Source of the DNA: Planctomycetota bacterium | Lineage (GTDB): Bacteria; Planctomycetota; Phycisphaerae; SM23-33 | Assembly (NCBI GenBank): GCA_029553505.1 | Contig: JAKPKY010000165.1 | Location: 36,595 to 100,594, forward strand | Length of the DNA: 64,000 nucleotides | Direction: 5' to 3' | Shown here: in pieces, positions 44,999-54,657 of the stretch | Position numbering within the stretch: the stretch's first letter is position 1 | Layout: the number at the start of each line of letters is the position of its first letter | Translations under genes and position numbers: made by a program | The notes under the pieces: model-generated | Databases searched by the model: none | What the model was told of the DNA's origin: nothing | The model's input: the letters and a program-made list of their open reading frames with translations, nothing else

Positions 44999-45855
44999 GA
45001 TTCCGCGCGGTTTGTCTGGTTGCAGCCTGGGCGCTGGCGGCGGGGTTCGCCCCGGCCCAGCCGGCGACGACGACCTCCGCGCCGCAGGCGGCAGCCGGCG
45101 CGGGGCAGGCGCAGCAGGTCGAGGTCGTGTCCGTGACGGGCGCCGCCGAGAAGCTCGTTCCCGCGGGCGGAAAGGAAACCTGGCAGGCGATCCGCGCCGG
45201 CGAAAAGCTCAGCGAGTTGACGATCCTGCGGACGGGCCTGCGGGCGAAGGTGGTGCTGCGGTTCGCCGACCGGGCGGAGATGACCATCGACCGGGCGACG
45301 AAGGTGGGCATCGGCGAGTTCCGTCGGCAGGGCGACCTGACCCGCGCCCGCGTGGGGCTCAAGTACGGCACGGTGCAGGCGCAGGTCCACAGCGCCGCCG
45401 GGCCCAACGACTTCCAGATTTCCACGCCCGTGGCCACCCTGAGCGTCCGGGGAACCGGTGGGCAGGCGGGCTTCACCGGCGACATGGGCATGGGGCTGAT
45501 GGGCACCCACGGCACTTGGCAGCTCGCCGGGCAGGGCTTCCAGCACAGCCTGACCGCCGGCGAAAGCACCTTCTTCCAGAACCTCGGGCCGGGATTCGCC
45601 GCGTGGCTGCAGATGGCGATGAACCAGCGCGGCACGCAGATGGGCGACGCCTTCGGCGGGCTGAGCCCCCAGGAGATCCAGAACCTGCTCAACAACGGTG
45701 CGGGGCGCGGGCTGCTGGGCTTCTTCGGCAGCGGAAGCGGCTCGCTCCAGACGCCCCCGCCGCCCTGGCTCAACGGGATGCCCCAGCTCGGGCGGAGCTA
45801 CTACCAGTCCCACGAAAACGGCTACGAGAACGGCTATTACCTGGTGGGCGAGTGA
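44995..45855 (+). CDS. secreted FecR-domain-like protein
   Basis: GTG start overlapping the upstream stop (GTGA) with GGGAGG RBS. Signal peptide; central beta-rich region consistent with a FecR domain (weak, motif-level only); C-terminal Gly/Gln-rich tail. Confidence 0.45.
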   Translation: MRFRAVCLVAAWALAAGFAPAQPATTTSAPQAAAGAGQAQQVEVVSVTGAAEKLVPAGGKETWQAIRAGEKLSELTILRTGLRAKVVLRFADRAEMTIDRATKVGIGEFRRQGDLTRARVGLKYGTVQAQVHSAAGPNDFQISTPVATLSVRGTGGQAGFTGDMGMGLMGTHGTWQLAGQGFQHSLTAGESTFFQNLGPGFAAWLQMAMNQRGTQMGDAFGGLSPQEIQNLLNNGAGRGLLGFFGSGSGSLQTPPPPWLNGMPQLGRSYYQSHENGYENGYYLVGE

Positions 45856-45911
45856 GGAGAACCGCCGGGGGCGGTCTTGTGCGTCGCCGTCGCGCGGCGT
45901 AGACTTTCGTC

Positions 45912-48674
45912 ATGGACACTTCCGCCGCACGGACAAGCCGTCCGCTGACGGGCTGGCTGCTGGGCCTGGCCGCCACGCTCGCCATCCTCGCCTGTCACTT
46001 CGCCGGGTGGTTCGACCGCGCGGAACTGCTCACCGTCGATTGGCGATTCCGCAACTTCTCCGCCGCGCCGGTCGAGACGAACCTCGTCCACGTGGACATC
46101 GACGACCGCAGCCTGGAGGAGATCGGGCGCTGGCCCTGGCCGCGGGAAACGCTGGCGGGACTGGTGGACGTCCTGCGCGAGTGCGGCGCGGCGCGGATCG
46201 CGCTGGACATCATCCTGCCCGAGCCGCAGGAGGTGCGGTACGTTTCGGCCGCGGGGGACATCTACGCCGGCGCGGAGAATGTCCTCGGAAGCGCGCCGCC
46301 GCGGGCGGTCTTCGACGATGCGGAACTCGCCGCCGCGATGATGCGGGCGGGGAATGTCCTGTTGCCGCTCCACGTCGATCTCGGCGCGCCGGCGCCGCGC
46401 GAAACGCCGGCGGAAAAGGTGGCCGCCGCGCTGAATGAAAATCCCGCCGCGAGCTTCCAGACCGTGTTGGCGAGCGCATTGCCCGGACGCGACGAATCCC
46501 TCCGCGACGCCGCCTTCGACGGGGTTCGCCGGGCGTACCTCCGCCGGCGCGCCCTGGTCGAACTCGACCGCCACGTCCTGCCCTGCGACGTCAAAGAGGG
46601 CGCCAACCCCGCCGGGCAGGTCGTCCCGCCGCTGGTGACGTTCGCCCGCAACTGCCGCGCCGCCGGGTTCGTGACGATGCAGCCGGACGCCGACGGCGCC
46701 GTCCGGCGCATCCCGCTGCTGCTCGGCGCGGAGGGGCACATCTACCCGCAGTTCGCGCTGGCGGTCGCGGCCGACTGGCTGGGCGCCACGCACGGCGGCG
46801 CGGGCGAAATCGTCCGCCGGGGCGATTCCGTCACCCTCGGCTTTCGCGACGGCACATCGCGGGATATTCCGGTCGATGAGTCCGGGCGGATGACGATCTA
46901 CTGGCCGCGAGGGCGCAAGGGGGACGACGGGCACGCGCACGTGCCCGCGCGGGCCATCGTTGCGCCGTGGCAGGCGCGCCGCCAGGCGGCGGACAACGCC
47001 CGCCTCGGCCGACTGGTCGCGCTGGAGCTGGCCGCCACGCTCGGCCAGCAGGAATTGCTCGAGCAGTTCGCGCTGGCCGACCGCCTCGATCAGCAGCGCC
47101 AGGCGTTGCGGCTCCAGCGCCGCCGGGCGGAACTGTTCGATCCGGCCGCCGTGCCGCCGCCCGACGACGCGCTGGCCGCCCAGGAGCAGGCGGTCGAGCG
47201 CAAACTCACCGAGCTGACGGGCAAGATGCTCGCGGAGCTTTCGTTCTACCTCGATCCGCTGCCCGCGGACGATCCGGCGCGGGCGAAGATCGTCGCCGCG
47301 CGCGACATGCTCCGGCGGATCGACGCGGAGAACTTGCGCCTGGAGAGCCTGGCGCGGCAGGAAGCGCGGCGGATCGGCGCGGTCGTGTCGGGCAAGATCT
47401 GCCTGGTGGGCTCCAACGCGACGGGGGCGGCCGACTTCGTGCCCACCGCCGTCGGCGAGCGGACGCCCGGCGTCGTCGTCCACGCGGGCATCCTCAACAC
47501 GATCCTCTCCGGGCGGTTCGTCCGCCGGGCCCCGCCCGCCGCCGACGCGGCGCTGATCCTGCTGGCCGGGGCCCTGGTCTCGTGGATCGCCGCGCGCAAG
47601 CCCATCCTGCTGGCGGCACTGCCCCTGCTGGCGGTCCTCGGCGCAGCCGCGACGCTTCTCAACGCGCTCGTCGCGTTCGCGCGGCTGGACACGCTGGCCG
47701 TGATGATCGCCCCGCCCGCGGCGATGGTCGCGAGCTTCCTGGTGGTCTCGGCCTTCCGCCAGCTCACCGAGGAGCGGGCCCGCCGGCGGATTCGCGGGCT
47801 GTTCGCCAACGCCCTCTCGCCGGAGCTGGTGGACCGCCTGATCGCCGACCCGTCGATGGCGCGCCTGGGCGGGGAGAAGCGCGAGCTGACGTGCTTCTTT
47901 GCCGACCTGGAGGGCTTCACCCCGCTCAGTGAGCGCCTGGGCGAGCAGCGGACCGTGCAGGTGCTCAACCGCTACTTCGACCGCATGACCGACGTCATCC
48001 AGAACCGGCGGGGCGGATACCTCAACAAGTTCCTGGGCGACGGCTTGTTTGTGTTCTTCGGCGCGCCGGTCTTCCAGGAAGACCACCCGCACCGCGCGGT
48101 CCACGCGGCGCTGGACTGCCGGCGCGAGCTGGACGCCCTCAACCGCGAGTTCGCCGCGCAGTTCGGCCCGGACGTGCGCCTGTCCTGCCGCGTGGGGATC
48201 GCCACCGGAACGGTCATGGTGGGCAACTGCGGGTCGTCCACCCGCATGGACTACACCGCCATCGGCGACACGGTGAACCTCGCCAGCCGGCTGGAAAGCG
48301 CCAACAAGTTCTTCGGCACGCACATCCTGGCGGCGGGGGGCGCGTGGCAGGCGGCCGCCAGCGACGAATTCCTCGTCCGCCCGCTCGGGCAGGCGCTGGT
48401 GGTGGGAAAGACCGAGCCCGTCGAGGTCTGGCACGTGGCCGACTACGCAGCCGACGCGCCCGAGCCCGTCCGCCGCGCGTTCGCCGATTTCACCGAGGCC
48501 GTGGCGCTGTACGCCCGGCGCGAGTTCCGCGACGCGGCGCGGCGCTTCGAGCAGGCGCTGGCTGCCCTGGGCGACGACCGGCCGGCTGCAATGTACCTGG
48601 ACCTGTGCCGACGGTTCGCCGACTCGCCCCCGTCCGACGACTGGACGGCCGCCATCCGCCTGACGGAAAAGTGA
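45912..48674 (+). CDS. CHASE2-sensor class III adenylate/guanylate cyclase with C-terminal TPR-like region
   Basis: N-terminal TM plus periplasmic CHASE2-like domain, TM cluster, then cyclase catalytic core (FFADLEGFTPLSE...FLGDGLFVFFGAP...IGDTVNLASRLES). Confidence 0.8.
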   Translation: MDTSAARTSRPLTGWLLGLAATLAILACHFAGWFDRAELLTVDWRFRNFSAAPVETNLVHVDIDDRSLEEIGRWPWPRETLAGLVDVLRECGAARIALDIILPEPQEVRYVSAAGDIYAGAENVLGSAPPRAVFDDAELAAAMMRAGNVLLPLHVDLGAPAPRETPAEKVAAALNENPAASFQTVLASALPGRDESLRDAAFDGVRRAYLRRRALVELDRHVLPCDVKEGANPAGQVVPPLVTFARNCRAAGFVTMQPDADGAVRRIPLLLGAEGHIYPQFALAVAADWLGATHGGAGEIVRRGDSVTLGFRDGTSRDIPVDESGRMTIYWPRGRKGDDGHAHVPARAIVAPWQARRQAADNARLGRLVALELAATLGQQELLEQFALADRLDQQRQALRLQRRRAELFDPAAVPPPDDALAAQEQAVERKLTELTGKMLAELSFYLDPLPADDPARAKIVAARDMLRRIDAENLRLESLARQEARRIGAVVSGKICLVGSNATGAADFVPTAVGERTPGVVVHAGILNTILSGRFVRRAPPAADAALILLAGALVSWIAARKPILLAALPLLAVLGAAATLLNALVAFARLDTLAVMIAPPAAMVASFLVVSAFRQLTEERARRRIRGLFANALSPELVDRLIADPSMARLGGEKRELTCFFADLEGFTPLSERLGEQRTVQVLNRYFDRMTDVIQNRRGGYLNKFLGDGLFVFFGAPVFQEDHPHRAVHAALDCRRELDALNREFAAQFGPDVRLSCRVGIATGTVMVGNCGSSTRMDYTAIGDTVNLASRLESANKFFGTHILAAGGAWQAAASDEFLVRPLGQALVVGKTEPVEVWHVADYAADAPEPVRRAFADFTEAVALYARREFRDAARRFEQALAALGDDRPAAMYLDLCRRFADSPPSDDWTAAIRLTEK

Positions 48675-48690
48675 CCGCGCCGTCCGCCGG

Positions 48691-49935
48691 TCAGACCGCC
48701 GCGCGATCGGTTTCCTCGCGGACGATGCGCACCCAGCGGGCCAGGCGGTCCGGCTCGCCCTGGACGGTCTCGATGTCCTTGAGATGGATGTGGACGCGGC
48801 AGCCCCGGCCGGCTTGGAGGCCCTCGCGGAGAATCCGCCGGATCAGGCCCTCGTCGAACTGGCAGCAGACCATGTCGGCGGGGTTCGGCCGCCAGGAAAC
48901 GACGTAGTCCGCGCCGATCTGCTCGGCGCAGCGGCGGACGTCCGCCCGCGGCGTGACGGCGATGATCCGCAGGTTCGGAATCTTCCGCAGCATGTCGATC
49001 TTTTGGGTGAGGTTCTCGCAGCAGCCGTACGCCGTCAGCCCCCAGTGCTTCAGGATCGGCAACTGGTACTGGAGCAGGAATTCCTCGTGCATGGCCGGGC
49101 TGATGAGCTCGAATTCCTGGGCGGCCATGAAATTCCAGAGCTGCCCGCGCCGGCAGCCGTAGCGGTTCGGCTCCGGCGGGAGCGTCGAGTCCGCGTAGGG
49201 GTGGCACTGGTTCTCCTGGTCGGTGGCGGAGTAGTCTCCCGCCGCCTCCGCCGTCGCCTGGTTGGCCAGCACGCCGTCGCGCAGGAACGCCATCAGCGCG
49301 TGCAGCTCGCGCGGGCTCTCGTACATGTCCACCATCAACTGCTCCAGGCCGCGAAGCTGCGTCACGCAGTACGACAGGTCCGACTGGAACCCGTGGCAGG
49401 CCGGTCCGCGATCCACGTTGATCGTCAGGAGGTCGCCGATGGCCTCGCCCAGGCGATCGGCGTTGCGGGCGGTCGCCTGCTCGTCGATCACATGCCGCGG
49501 GGAGACGAGCCTTGTCGTGTCCGACCATTCGGCGATCGGCGGGAGGAACTTCCACGCCCCGCCTTCCACCTTGTCGCTGTGGCGCTCTTCCACGCCCCAG
49601 ATTTTTCCCCACTTGCACTGCTGCGAAGCCAGCACCGTGATCCACGGCTCGAGCAGGTAATCGTCGCCGACTTCGTGATGGAACAGGTGCATGCGCAGCG
49701 TGCGCTCGTGCGAGCGGTAGAACGGGTCGCGGCAGGACATTGCCTCGTCGGAGAACACCTCGCGGCACCAGACGTTCCACATGCCGTACGTCGCCAGCAC
49801 CGGCACGCGGGTGGGGCGCAGGCTGTTGTGGTCGCGCCAGAGCCTGCGGCGTTCTTCCTGGATGGGGTCGGCGGCGATCTCGGCGTACTGCCGGGCCAAC
49901 TCGCGGAGAATCTCGATGTCATGGCGGTCGTTCAT
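48691..49935 (-). CDS. URO-D/MtaA-like family protein (paralog class of 28958-30118)
   Basis: 414 aa from MNDRHDIEIL. TIM-barrel-like C-terminal pattern similar to the other URO-D-like ORF. The N-terminal 350 codons of the ORF-table entry belong to antisense/other genes. Confidence 0.4.
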   Translation of the reverse strand: MNDRHDIEILRELARQYAEIAADPIQEERRRLWRDHNSLRPTRVPVLATYGMWNVWCREVFSDEAMSCRDPFYRSHERTLRMHLFHHEVGDDYLLEPWITVLASQQCKWGKIWGVEERHSDKVEGGAWKFLPPIAEWSDTTRLVSPRHVIDEQATARNADRLGEAIGDLLTINVDRGPACHGFQSDLSYCVTQLRGLEQLMVDMYESPRELHALMAFLRDGVLANQATAEAAGDYSATDQENQCHPYADSTLPPEPNRYGCRRGQLWNFMAAQEFELISPAMHEEFLLQYQLPILKHWGLTAYGCCENLTQKIDMLRKIPNLRIIAVTPRADVRRCAEQIGADYVVSWRPNPADMVCCQFDEGLIRRILREGLQAGRGCRVHIHLKDIETVQGEPDRLARWVRIVREETDRAAV

Positions 49936-50000
49936 GTCGTCTCCGTGGCGCGGGGGATTTTGCGGCAAGGCGGGGAGACTACTGCGATTCGCGGCGGGGG

Positions 50001-50906
50001 TCAATAACGCTCGCAGCGCCCGGCGCGTCCGAGCAGGCCGTCGCGCCAGCCCCTGGCGGCGGCAAGCAGGCGACGCCCCTGGCAGCGCAGGAGCTTCGGC
50101 AGCAGCGACCGCGCCGCCGCACATGCTGCTGCCGTCGGCAGGGCCCATGGGAAGAACCGCCGCACGGTCAGCAGCGCCGCCCGCACGGAGTAGTAGTCCT
50201 GCACGCAGCTGCGCGCCCCGACCGCGCCGCCGCCCTTGTGGCGCACCCGGCTGGCAGGCGCGACGGCGAGTTTCCACCCGGCTGCCCGGGCGCGAAGGCA
50301 CCAGTCCAGGTCCTCGCCGTACAGGAAGTATCCCTCGTCCATCGGTCCGACGGCGTCCAGCGCCGCCAGGCGAACCAGCAGGCTCGCCCCGCAGACGAAG
50401 TCCAGGTCCGCCGGCGCGGGCGCGGAAAAGTCGATTTGCCCAGCCATCGCGTGGTGCGTCAGTCCGGTCCAGCGGCTCCAGCGCCCGCCGCCCAGCAGCT
50501 CCAGGACGTTCGGGCGGTCGTACCGCAGCAGCTTGGAGCCGACGAAGGCCACCCGCGCGTCGGTTTCGGCCTGGTCCACCAGGGCGTCCAGCGCGTCGGG
50601 TTCGGCCGCCGTGTCGGAGTTCAGCAGCCAGGCGTACGCCCCGTCGCCCGCCTGCCGCGCATGACGGAGTGCGAGGTTGTTCGCCCCGGCAAAGCCCAGG
50701 TTCTCCCCGGGATGGAGAATTTCCACCGCCGGCCCGCCGGCGGACGCCCATGCCGCGAGGCGCTCCCGCGACTCGTCGGACGATCCGTTGTCCGCCACCA
50801 GCACGCGGAAGTTGTCGTACGCCAGCCCGCGCAGGCTCTCCAGGCACTCGACGGTGTCCCGCCAATTGTGGTAGTGGACGACGACGATGTAGACCTTCGG
50901 CCTCAA
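50001..50906 (-). CDS. glycosyltransferase family 2
   Basis: VYIVVVHYHNW...VADNGSSDES...(D)...YGEDLDW; GT2 DxD and ED motifs. TTG start with AAGGAG RBS; the upstream part of the ORF overlaps the 50960 repeat. Confidence 0.75.
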   Translation of the reverse strand: MRPKVYIVVVHYHNWRDTVECLESLRGLAYDNFRVLVADNGSSDESRERLAAWASAGGPAVEILHPGENLGFAGANNLALRHARQAGDGAYAWLLNSDTAAEPDALDALVDQAETDARVAFVGSKLLRYDRPNVLELLGGGRWSRWTGLTHHAMAGQIDFSAPAPADLDFVCGASLLVRLAALDAVGPMDEGYFLYGEDLDWCLRARAAGWKLAVAPASRVRHKGGGAVGARSCVQDYYSVRAALLTVRRFFPWALPTAAACAAARSLLPKLLRCQGRRLLAAARGWRDGLLGRAGRCERY

Positions 50907-50959
50907 AACCGCTCCTTTCCGCCCGTTCGCAGCCTGGTTCGGATTGATTGTGAACGATT

Positions 50960-51135
50960 TGCGGCGGCAAAGCACGAAATCCTAAATCCGAAATCCGAAA
51001 CAATTTCAAAATCCGAAACGGAAACCGCCTGTGGCTGACCCTGCGCCCAAGCCGGAGGAGTCAGCCTTGGAGATTCGAAGCGTTTCGTGCTTGTCGGTTT
51101 GGGATTTGTTTCGGATTTCGTGCTTCGAATTTCGA
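50960..51135. repeat. family-G palindromic element rich in AAATCCGAAA / TTTCGGATTT units
   Basis: Long imperfect inverted repeat (AAGCACGAAATCC...AAATCCGAAA // TTTCGGATTTCGTGCTTCGAATTTCGAATTT) between divergent GT2 and rmlA. Confidence 0.55.
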
Positions 51136-51276
51136 ATTTAGACATCGGCCAGATGCCACGGATGCAGCCGCACGGGTCTGGAGGGACATTTTAGTTGAAC
51201 GCCCGTGGGGCGTGGCGTATAACCCGCCCGATGGGACGGGACGCCATCTCCACGCAAGTCACGAGGTAACGGCAAG

Positions 51277-52347
51277 ATGAAAGGGCTGATTCTCTCGGGC
51301 GGAAAAGGCACACGGCTGCGCCCCCTGACGTTCACGCGGGCAAAGCAGCTCATCCCCATCGCCAACAAGCCCAACCTGTTTTACGTCGTGGAAGACCTTG
51401 TTTCGGCTGGGGTTACGGACATCGGCGTCATCGTCAGCCCCGAGACGGGCGACGAGATCCGCGCCGCGCTGTCCGACGGGTCGCGCTGGGGCGCGACGTT
51501 CACCTTCCTGACGCAGGAGGCGCCGCGCGGGCTGGCCCATGCGGTCAAGACCGCGCGGAGCTTCCTGGGCGACGAGCCGTTCGTGATGTACCTGGGCGAC
51601 AACCTGCTGTCGGGCGGAATCGCGCCGCTGGTCGAGGAGCACCGCCAGGGCAAGGCCGACTGCATCGTCCTGCTGACGCCGGTGCCCAATCCGCAGCAGT
51701 TCGGGGTGGCCGCCGTCGACGAGGCGGGGCAGGTCGTCCGGCTGGTCGAGAAGCCCGCCGACCCGCCCAGCAACCTCGCGCTGGTGGGGGTGTACCTGTT
51801 CAGCCCGGCCGTGCACGAGGTCATCGAGACGCTCCAGCCGTCCGCGCGGGGCGAATACGAGATCACCGACGCCATCCAGGGGCTGATCGACCGGGGCCTG
51901 CGCGTCGCGGCGCACCAGGTTCGCGGCTGGTGGAAGGACACCGGAAAGCCCGAGGACCTTCTGGAGGCCAACCATCTGGTGCTGTCGCAGCTTCGCGCGG
52001 ACATTCGCGGCTCGGTGGAAGGTTCGGACCTGGCCGGGGCGGTGGTGGTCGAGCCCGGCGCGCGGGTGGCGAACTCGCGGATTCGCGGCCCGGCGCACAT
52101 TGCGGCAGGGGCGGTCGTGCGAGATTCCTACATCGGGCCATACACCTCCATCGGGCGCGACGTGCAGGTGCTCCACAGCGAGGTGGAATACTCGATCCTG
52201 CTGGACGGGTCGGAAGTTCGCGAGTTGCCCTGCCGGCTGGACGCCAGCGTGCTGGGCGCGGGCGTGAAGGTGGCTGGGCGGTCCGACGGGCAGCGCAAGC
52301 ACACGCTCCAGCTGGTGCTGGGCGACCACAGCCTGGTGACGCTATGA
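51277..52347 (+). CDS. rmlA: glucose-1-phosphate thymidylyltransferase, long form (with C-terminal left-handed beta-helix domain)
   Basis: GGKGTRLRPLT...K motif at the N-terminus and hexapeptide-repeat C-domain. 356 aa. Confidence 0.85.
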   Translation: MKGLILSGGKGTRLRPLTFTRAKQLIPIANKPNLFYVVEDLVSAGVTDIGVIVSPETGDEIRAALSDGSRWGATFTFLTQEAPRGLAHAVKTARSFLGDEPFVMYLGDNLLSGGIAPLVEEHRQGKADCIVLLTPVPNPQQFGVAAVDEAGQVVRLVEKPADPPSNLALVGVYLFSPAVHEVIETLQPSARGEYEITDAIQGLIDRGLRVAAHQVRGWWKDTGKPEDLLEANHLVLSQLRADIRGSVEGSDLAGAVVVEPGARVANSRIRGPAHIAAGAVVRDSYIGPYTSIGRDVQVLHSEVEYSILLDGSEVRELPCRLDASVLGAGVKVAGRSDGQRKHTLQLVLGDHSLVTL

Positions 52348-53084
52348 CCGTCGCCGCGGAAAGGATGCTTCTGACCGGGGGGTCGGGCCGCCTGGGGCGC
52401 GAGCTGCAACGCTTGCTGGCGGGCATCGCCGCGCCGGGGCACGACGAGCTGGACGTGACGCGGGCGGAGTCCGTCGCGGCGGCCCTGGACCGCCTGCGGC
52501 CCGAGGTGGTGATCCACGCGGCCGCGTATACCGACGTCGCCGGCGCGGAGCGCGATCGCGCCGAGTGCTGGCGGGTGAATGTGGACGGCACGCGAAACGT
52601 CGTGGCGGCGGCCGCCGGGCGCGGAATCTTCCTGCTGCACCTCTCGACCGATTACGTGTTCGAGGGCACGACGGGCGGATATCGCGAGGACGACCCGCCG
52701 GGCCCGCCGTGCAACTATTATGCCCTGACGAAGCTGGTGGCCGAGGCGCTCGTGCGGTTCGCGCCGCGCCACTTGGTGTTGCGGACGAGCTTCCGCCCGC
52801 GCGACTGGCCTTACCCGCAGGCGTTCGAAGACCTGTTCACCAGCCAGGACTACGTGGACATCATCGCGCCGGAAATCGCGCTGGCGGCTTCGCGGTGCCT
52901 GGAGATTCCGTATAATACGCTGCACGTCGCCACCGAGCGGAAGAGCGCGCTGGAGCTGGCGCGCCGGCGTCGGCCCGACGTGCAATCGGCCAGCAAGAAG
53001 CAGGCGTCCGTTCGCCTGCCGGACGACATCTCGCTGGACACCGCCCGCTGGCGGCAGCTCAAGCAGCGCTGGAGCCACCCATGA
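52344..53084 (+). CDS. rmlD: dTDP-4-dehydrorhamnose reductase
   Basis: ATG overlaps the rmlA stop (ATGA). LLTGGSGRLG NAD-binding motif and YxxxK (YALTK). Confidence 0.8.
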   Translation: MTVAAERMLLTGGSGRLGRELQRLLAGIAAPGHDELDVTRAESVAAALDRLRPEVVIHAAAYTDVAGAERDRAECWRVNVDGTRNVVAAAAGRGIFLLHLSTDYVFEGTTGGYREDDPPGPPCNYYALTKLVAEALVRFAPRHLVLRTSFRPRDWPYPQAFEDLFTSQDYVDIIAPEIALAASRCLEIPYNTLHVATERKSALELARRRRPDVQSASKKQASVRLPDDISLDTARWRQLKQRWSHP

Positions 53085-53620
53085 AAATCAAGCTCAGCAC
53101 GAAGGCGCAGAAGGAACTGACGTACCAGTCCTACGGCCCGCAACCGGAAATCGACGGCGTGTTCTGCCATCCCCTGCGCAAGCACCGCCAGCTCGAGGGG
53201 TATTTCATGGAGCATCTGCGCCTCACGGGCGGCGCGGTGGAGGGGCTTCCGGTGAAGTTCGAGCTGCGCCAGCTTTCGCTGGCGGCTGCGGAGCCCGGGC
53301 GCGTCAATGCCTTCCACCTGCACCCCAAGCGCGTGCAGGACGAGCTGTGGTGCTGCGTGCGCGGGCGGATGCGCGTCTGGCTGGCCGACGTCCGCGCCGG
53401 CTCGCCGACCGAAGGCAACCGCCGCTGCTTCCTGCTCAGCGAAGAAGAGCCCGTCTTGCTGCACATTCCCAGCGGCGTCGCGCACGGCTACCAGGCCGGG
53501 CCCGACGGCGCGCTGCTGCTGTACGCCATGAACAGCCAGTTCCAGCCCGACGACCCCAACGAAGGCCGCCTGCCGTGGGACTGGTTCGGGGCGGACCTCT
53601 GGGAGGAAGACCGTGGCTGA
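53081..53620 (+). CDS. rmlC: dTDP-4-dehydrorhamnose 3,5-epimerase (RmlC-type cupin)
   Basis: ATG overlaps the rmlD stop. Cupin fold with conserved His/Tyr pattern (FHLHPKRVQDE...HIPSGVAHGY). Confidence 0.7.
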   Translation: MKIKLSTKAQKELTYQSYGPQPEIDGVFCHPLRKHRQLEGYFMEHLRLTGGAVEGLPVKFELRQLSLAAAEPGRVNAFHLHPKRVQDELWCCVRGRMRVWLADVRAGSPTEGNRRCFLLSEEEPVLLHIPSGVAHGYQAGPDGALLLYAMNSQFQPDDPNEGRLPWDWFGADLWEEDRG

Positions 53621-54626
53621 ATTCACGCGAGTGCTGGTGACGGGCGGGGCCGGATTCATCGGCTCCAACTACGTGCGGTACGCGCTGCGCGAAAAACCGG
53701 CCCGGAAACTCGTCGTGCTGGACAAGCTCGCCTATGCCGGCAGCCTGGACAACCTGCGCGACGTGATGGAGCGGATCGAGTTCGTCCGGGGCGACATCAC
53801 CGAGCCCGCCGACGTCCGCCGGGCCCTGCAGGGTTGCGACGCCGTGGTGAATTTCGCGGCCGAGAGCCACGTCGACCGCTCGCTGCTGGACAGCGCCCCG
53901 TTCGTCCGCACCAACGTCGCCGGCGCGTCGATGCTGCTGGAAGCCGCCCGCGAACTGGGCGTGAAGCGCTTCTGCCAGGTCTCCACCGACGAGGTCTACG
54001 GCGACCTGGCCGGCACCGCCCGGCACTCGGTGGAGACCGACGCGCTGCACCCGCGCAGCCCGTACGCGGCGACCAAGGCGGCGGCGGAGCACTTGGCCAT
54101 GAGCTGCCACCTGAGCTTCGGGCTGGACGTCGTCGTGACGCGCGGCTCAAACACCTACGGGCCGTGGCAGTACCCCGAAAAGATCATCCCGCTGTTCATC
54201 ACCAACGCGCTGGACAACCGCCACCTGCCCGTCTACGGCGACGGCAGCGCGGTGCGCGACTACATGCACGTGGAGGACCACTGCGCGGGCATCGAGACGG
54301 TGCTGTGCGCGGGCGCCGCGGGGCAGGCGTACAACCTGGGCGCGCGGCTGGAAGTGCCCGGGCGCGAGGTCGCCGAGCGAATCGTCGAGCTGACGGGGCG
54401 CCCGGCGGCGCTGATCCGCAACGTCCCCGACCGCCCGGGGCACGACTACCGCTACAGCGTGGACCCCGCCAAGGCCGAGGCGCTCGGCTGGCGGCGGCGC
54501 TGGACCTGGCCCGACGGGCTCGCCCAGGCCGTGCGATGGTACCGCGACCACGAGGACTGGTGGCGCGCGGTGAAGGAAAAACTCGAGTTCCGAAAACACG
54601 ACCGCGCGTGGTACGCCGACCGCTGA
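53613..54626 (+). CDS. rmlB: dTDP-glucose 4,6-dehydratase
   Basis: VLVTGGAGFIGSN, STDEVYG, and YAATKAAAEHL (YxxxK). Overlaps the rmlC end by 8 nt. Confidence 0.9.
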   Translation: MAEFTRVLVTGGAGFIGSNYVRYALREKPARKLVVLDKLAYAGSLDNLRDVMERIEFVRGDITEPADVRRALQGCDAVVNFAAESHVDRSLLDSAPFVRTNVAGASMLLEAARELGVKRFCQVSTDEVYGDLAGTARHSVETDALHPRSPYAATKAAAEHLAMSCHLSFGLDVVVTRGSNTYGPWQYPEKIIPLFITNALDNRHLPVYGDGSAVRDYMHVEDHCAGIETVLCAGAAGQAYNLGARLEVPGREVAERIVELTGRPAALIRNVPDRPGHDYRYSVDPAKAEALGWRRRWTWPDGLAQAVRWYRDHEDWWRAVKEKLEFRKHDRAWYADR

Positions 54627-54657
54627 TGACCGACCGACGGAGAACCGACCCAGGGCG

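Noticed and set aside
45837-48434. 865-aa minus-strand ORF
   Set aside because: Antisense to the CHASE2 adenylate cyclase gene; no motifs, low-complexity composition.
48691-51009. 772-aa minus ORF treated as one gene
   Set aside because: It is a read-through frame: only the last 414 codons (from MNDRHDIEIL, 49935) look like a real protein; upstream part overlaps the GT2 gene in another frame.
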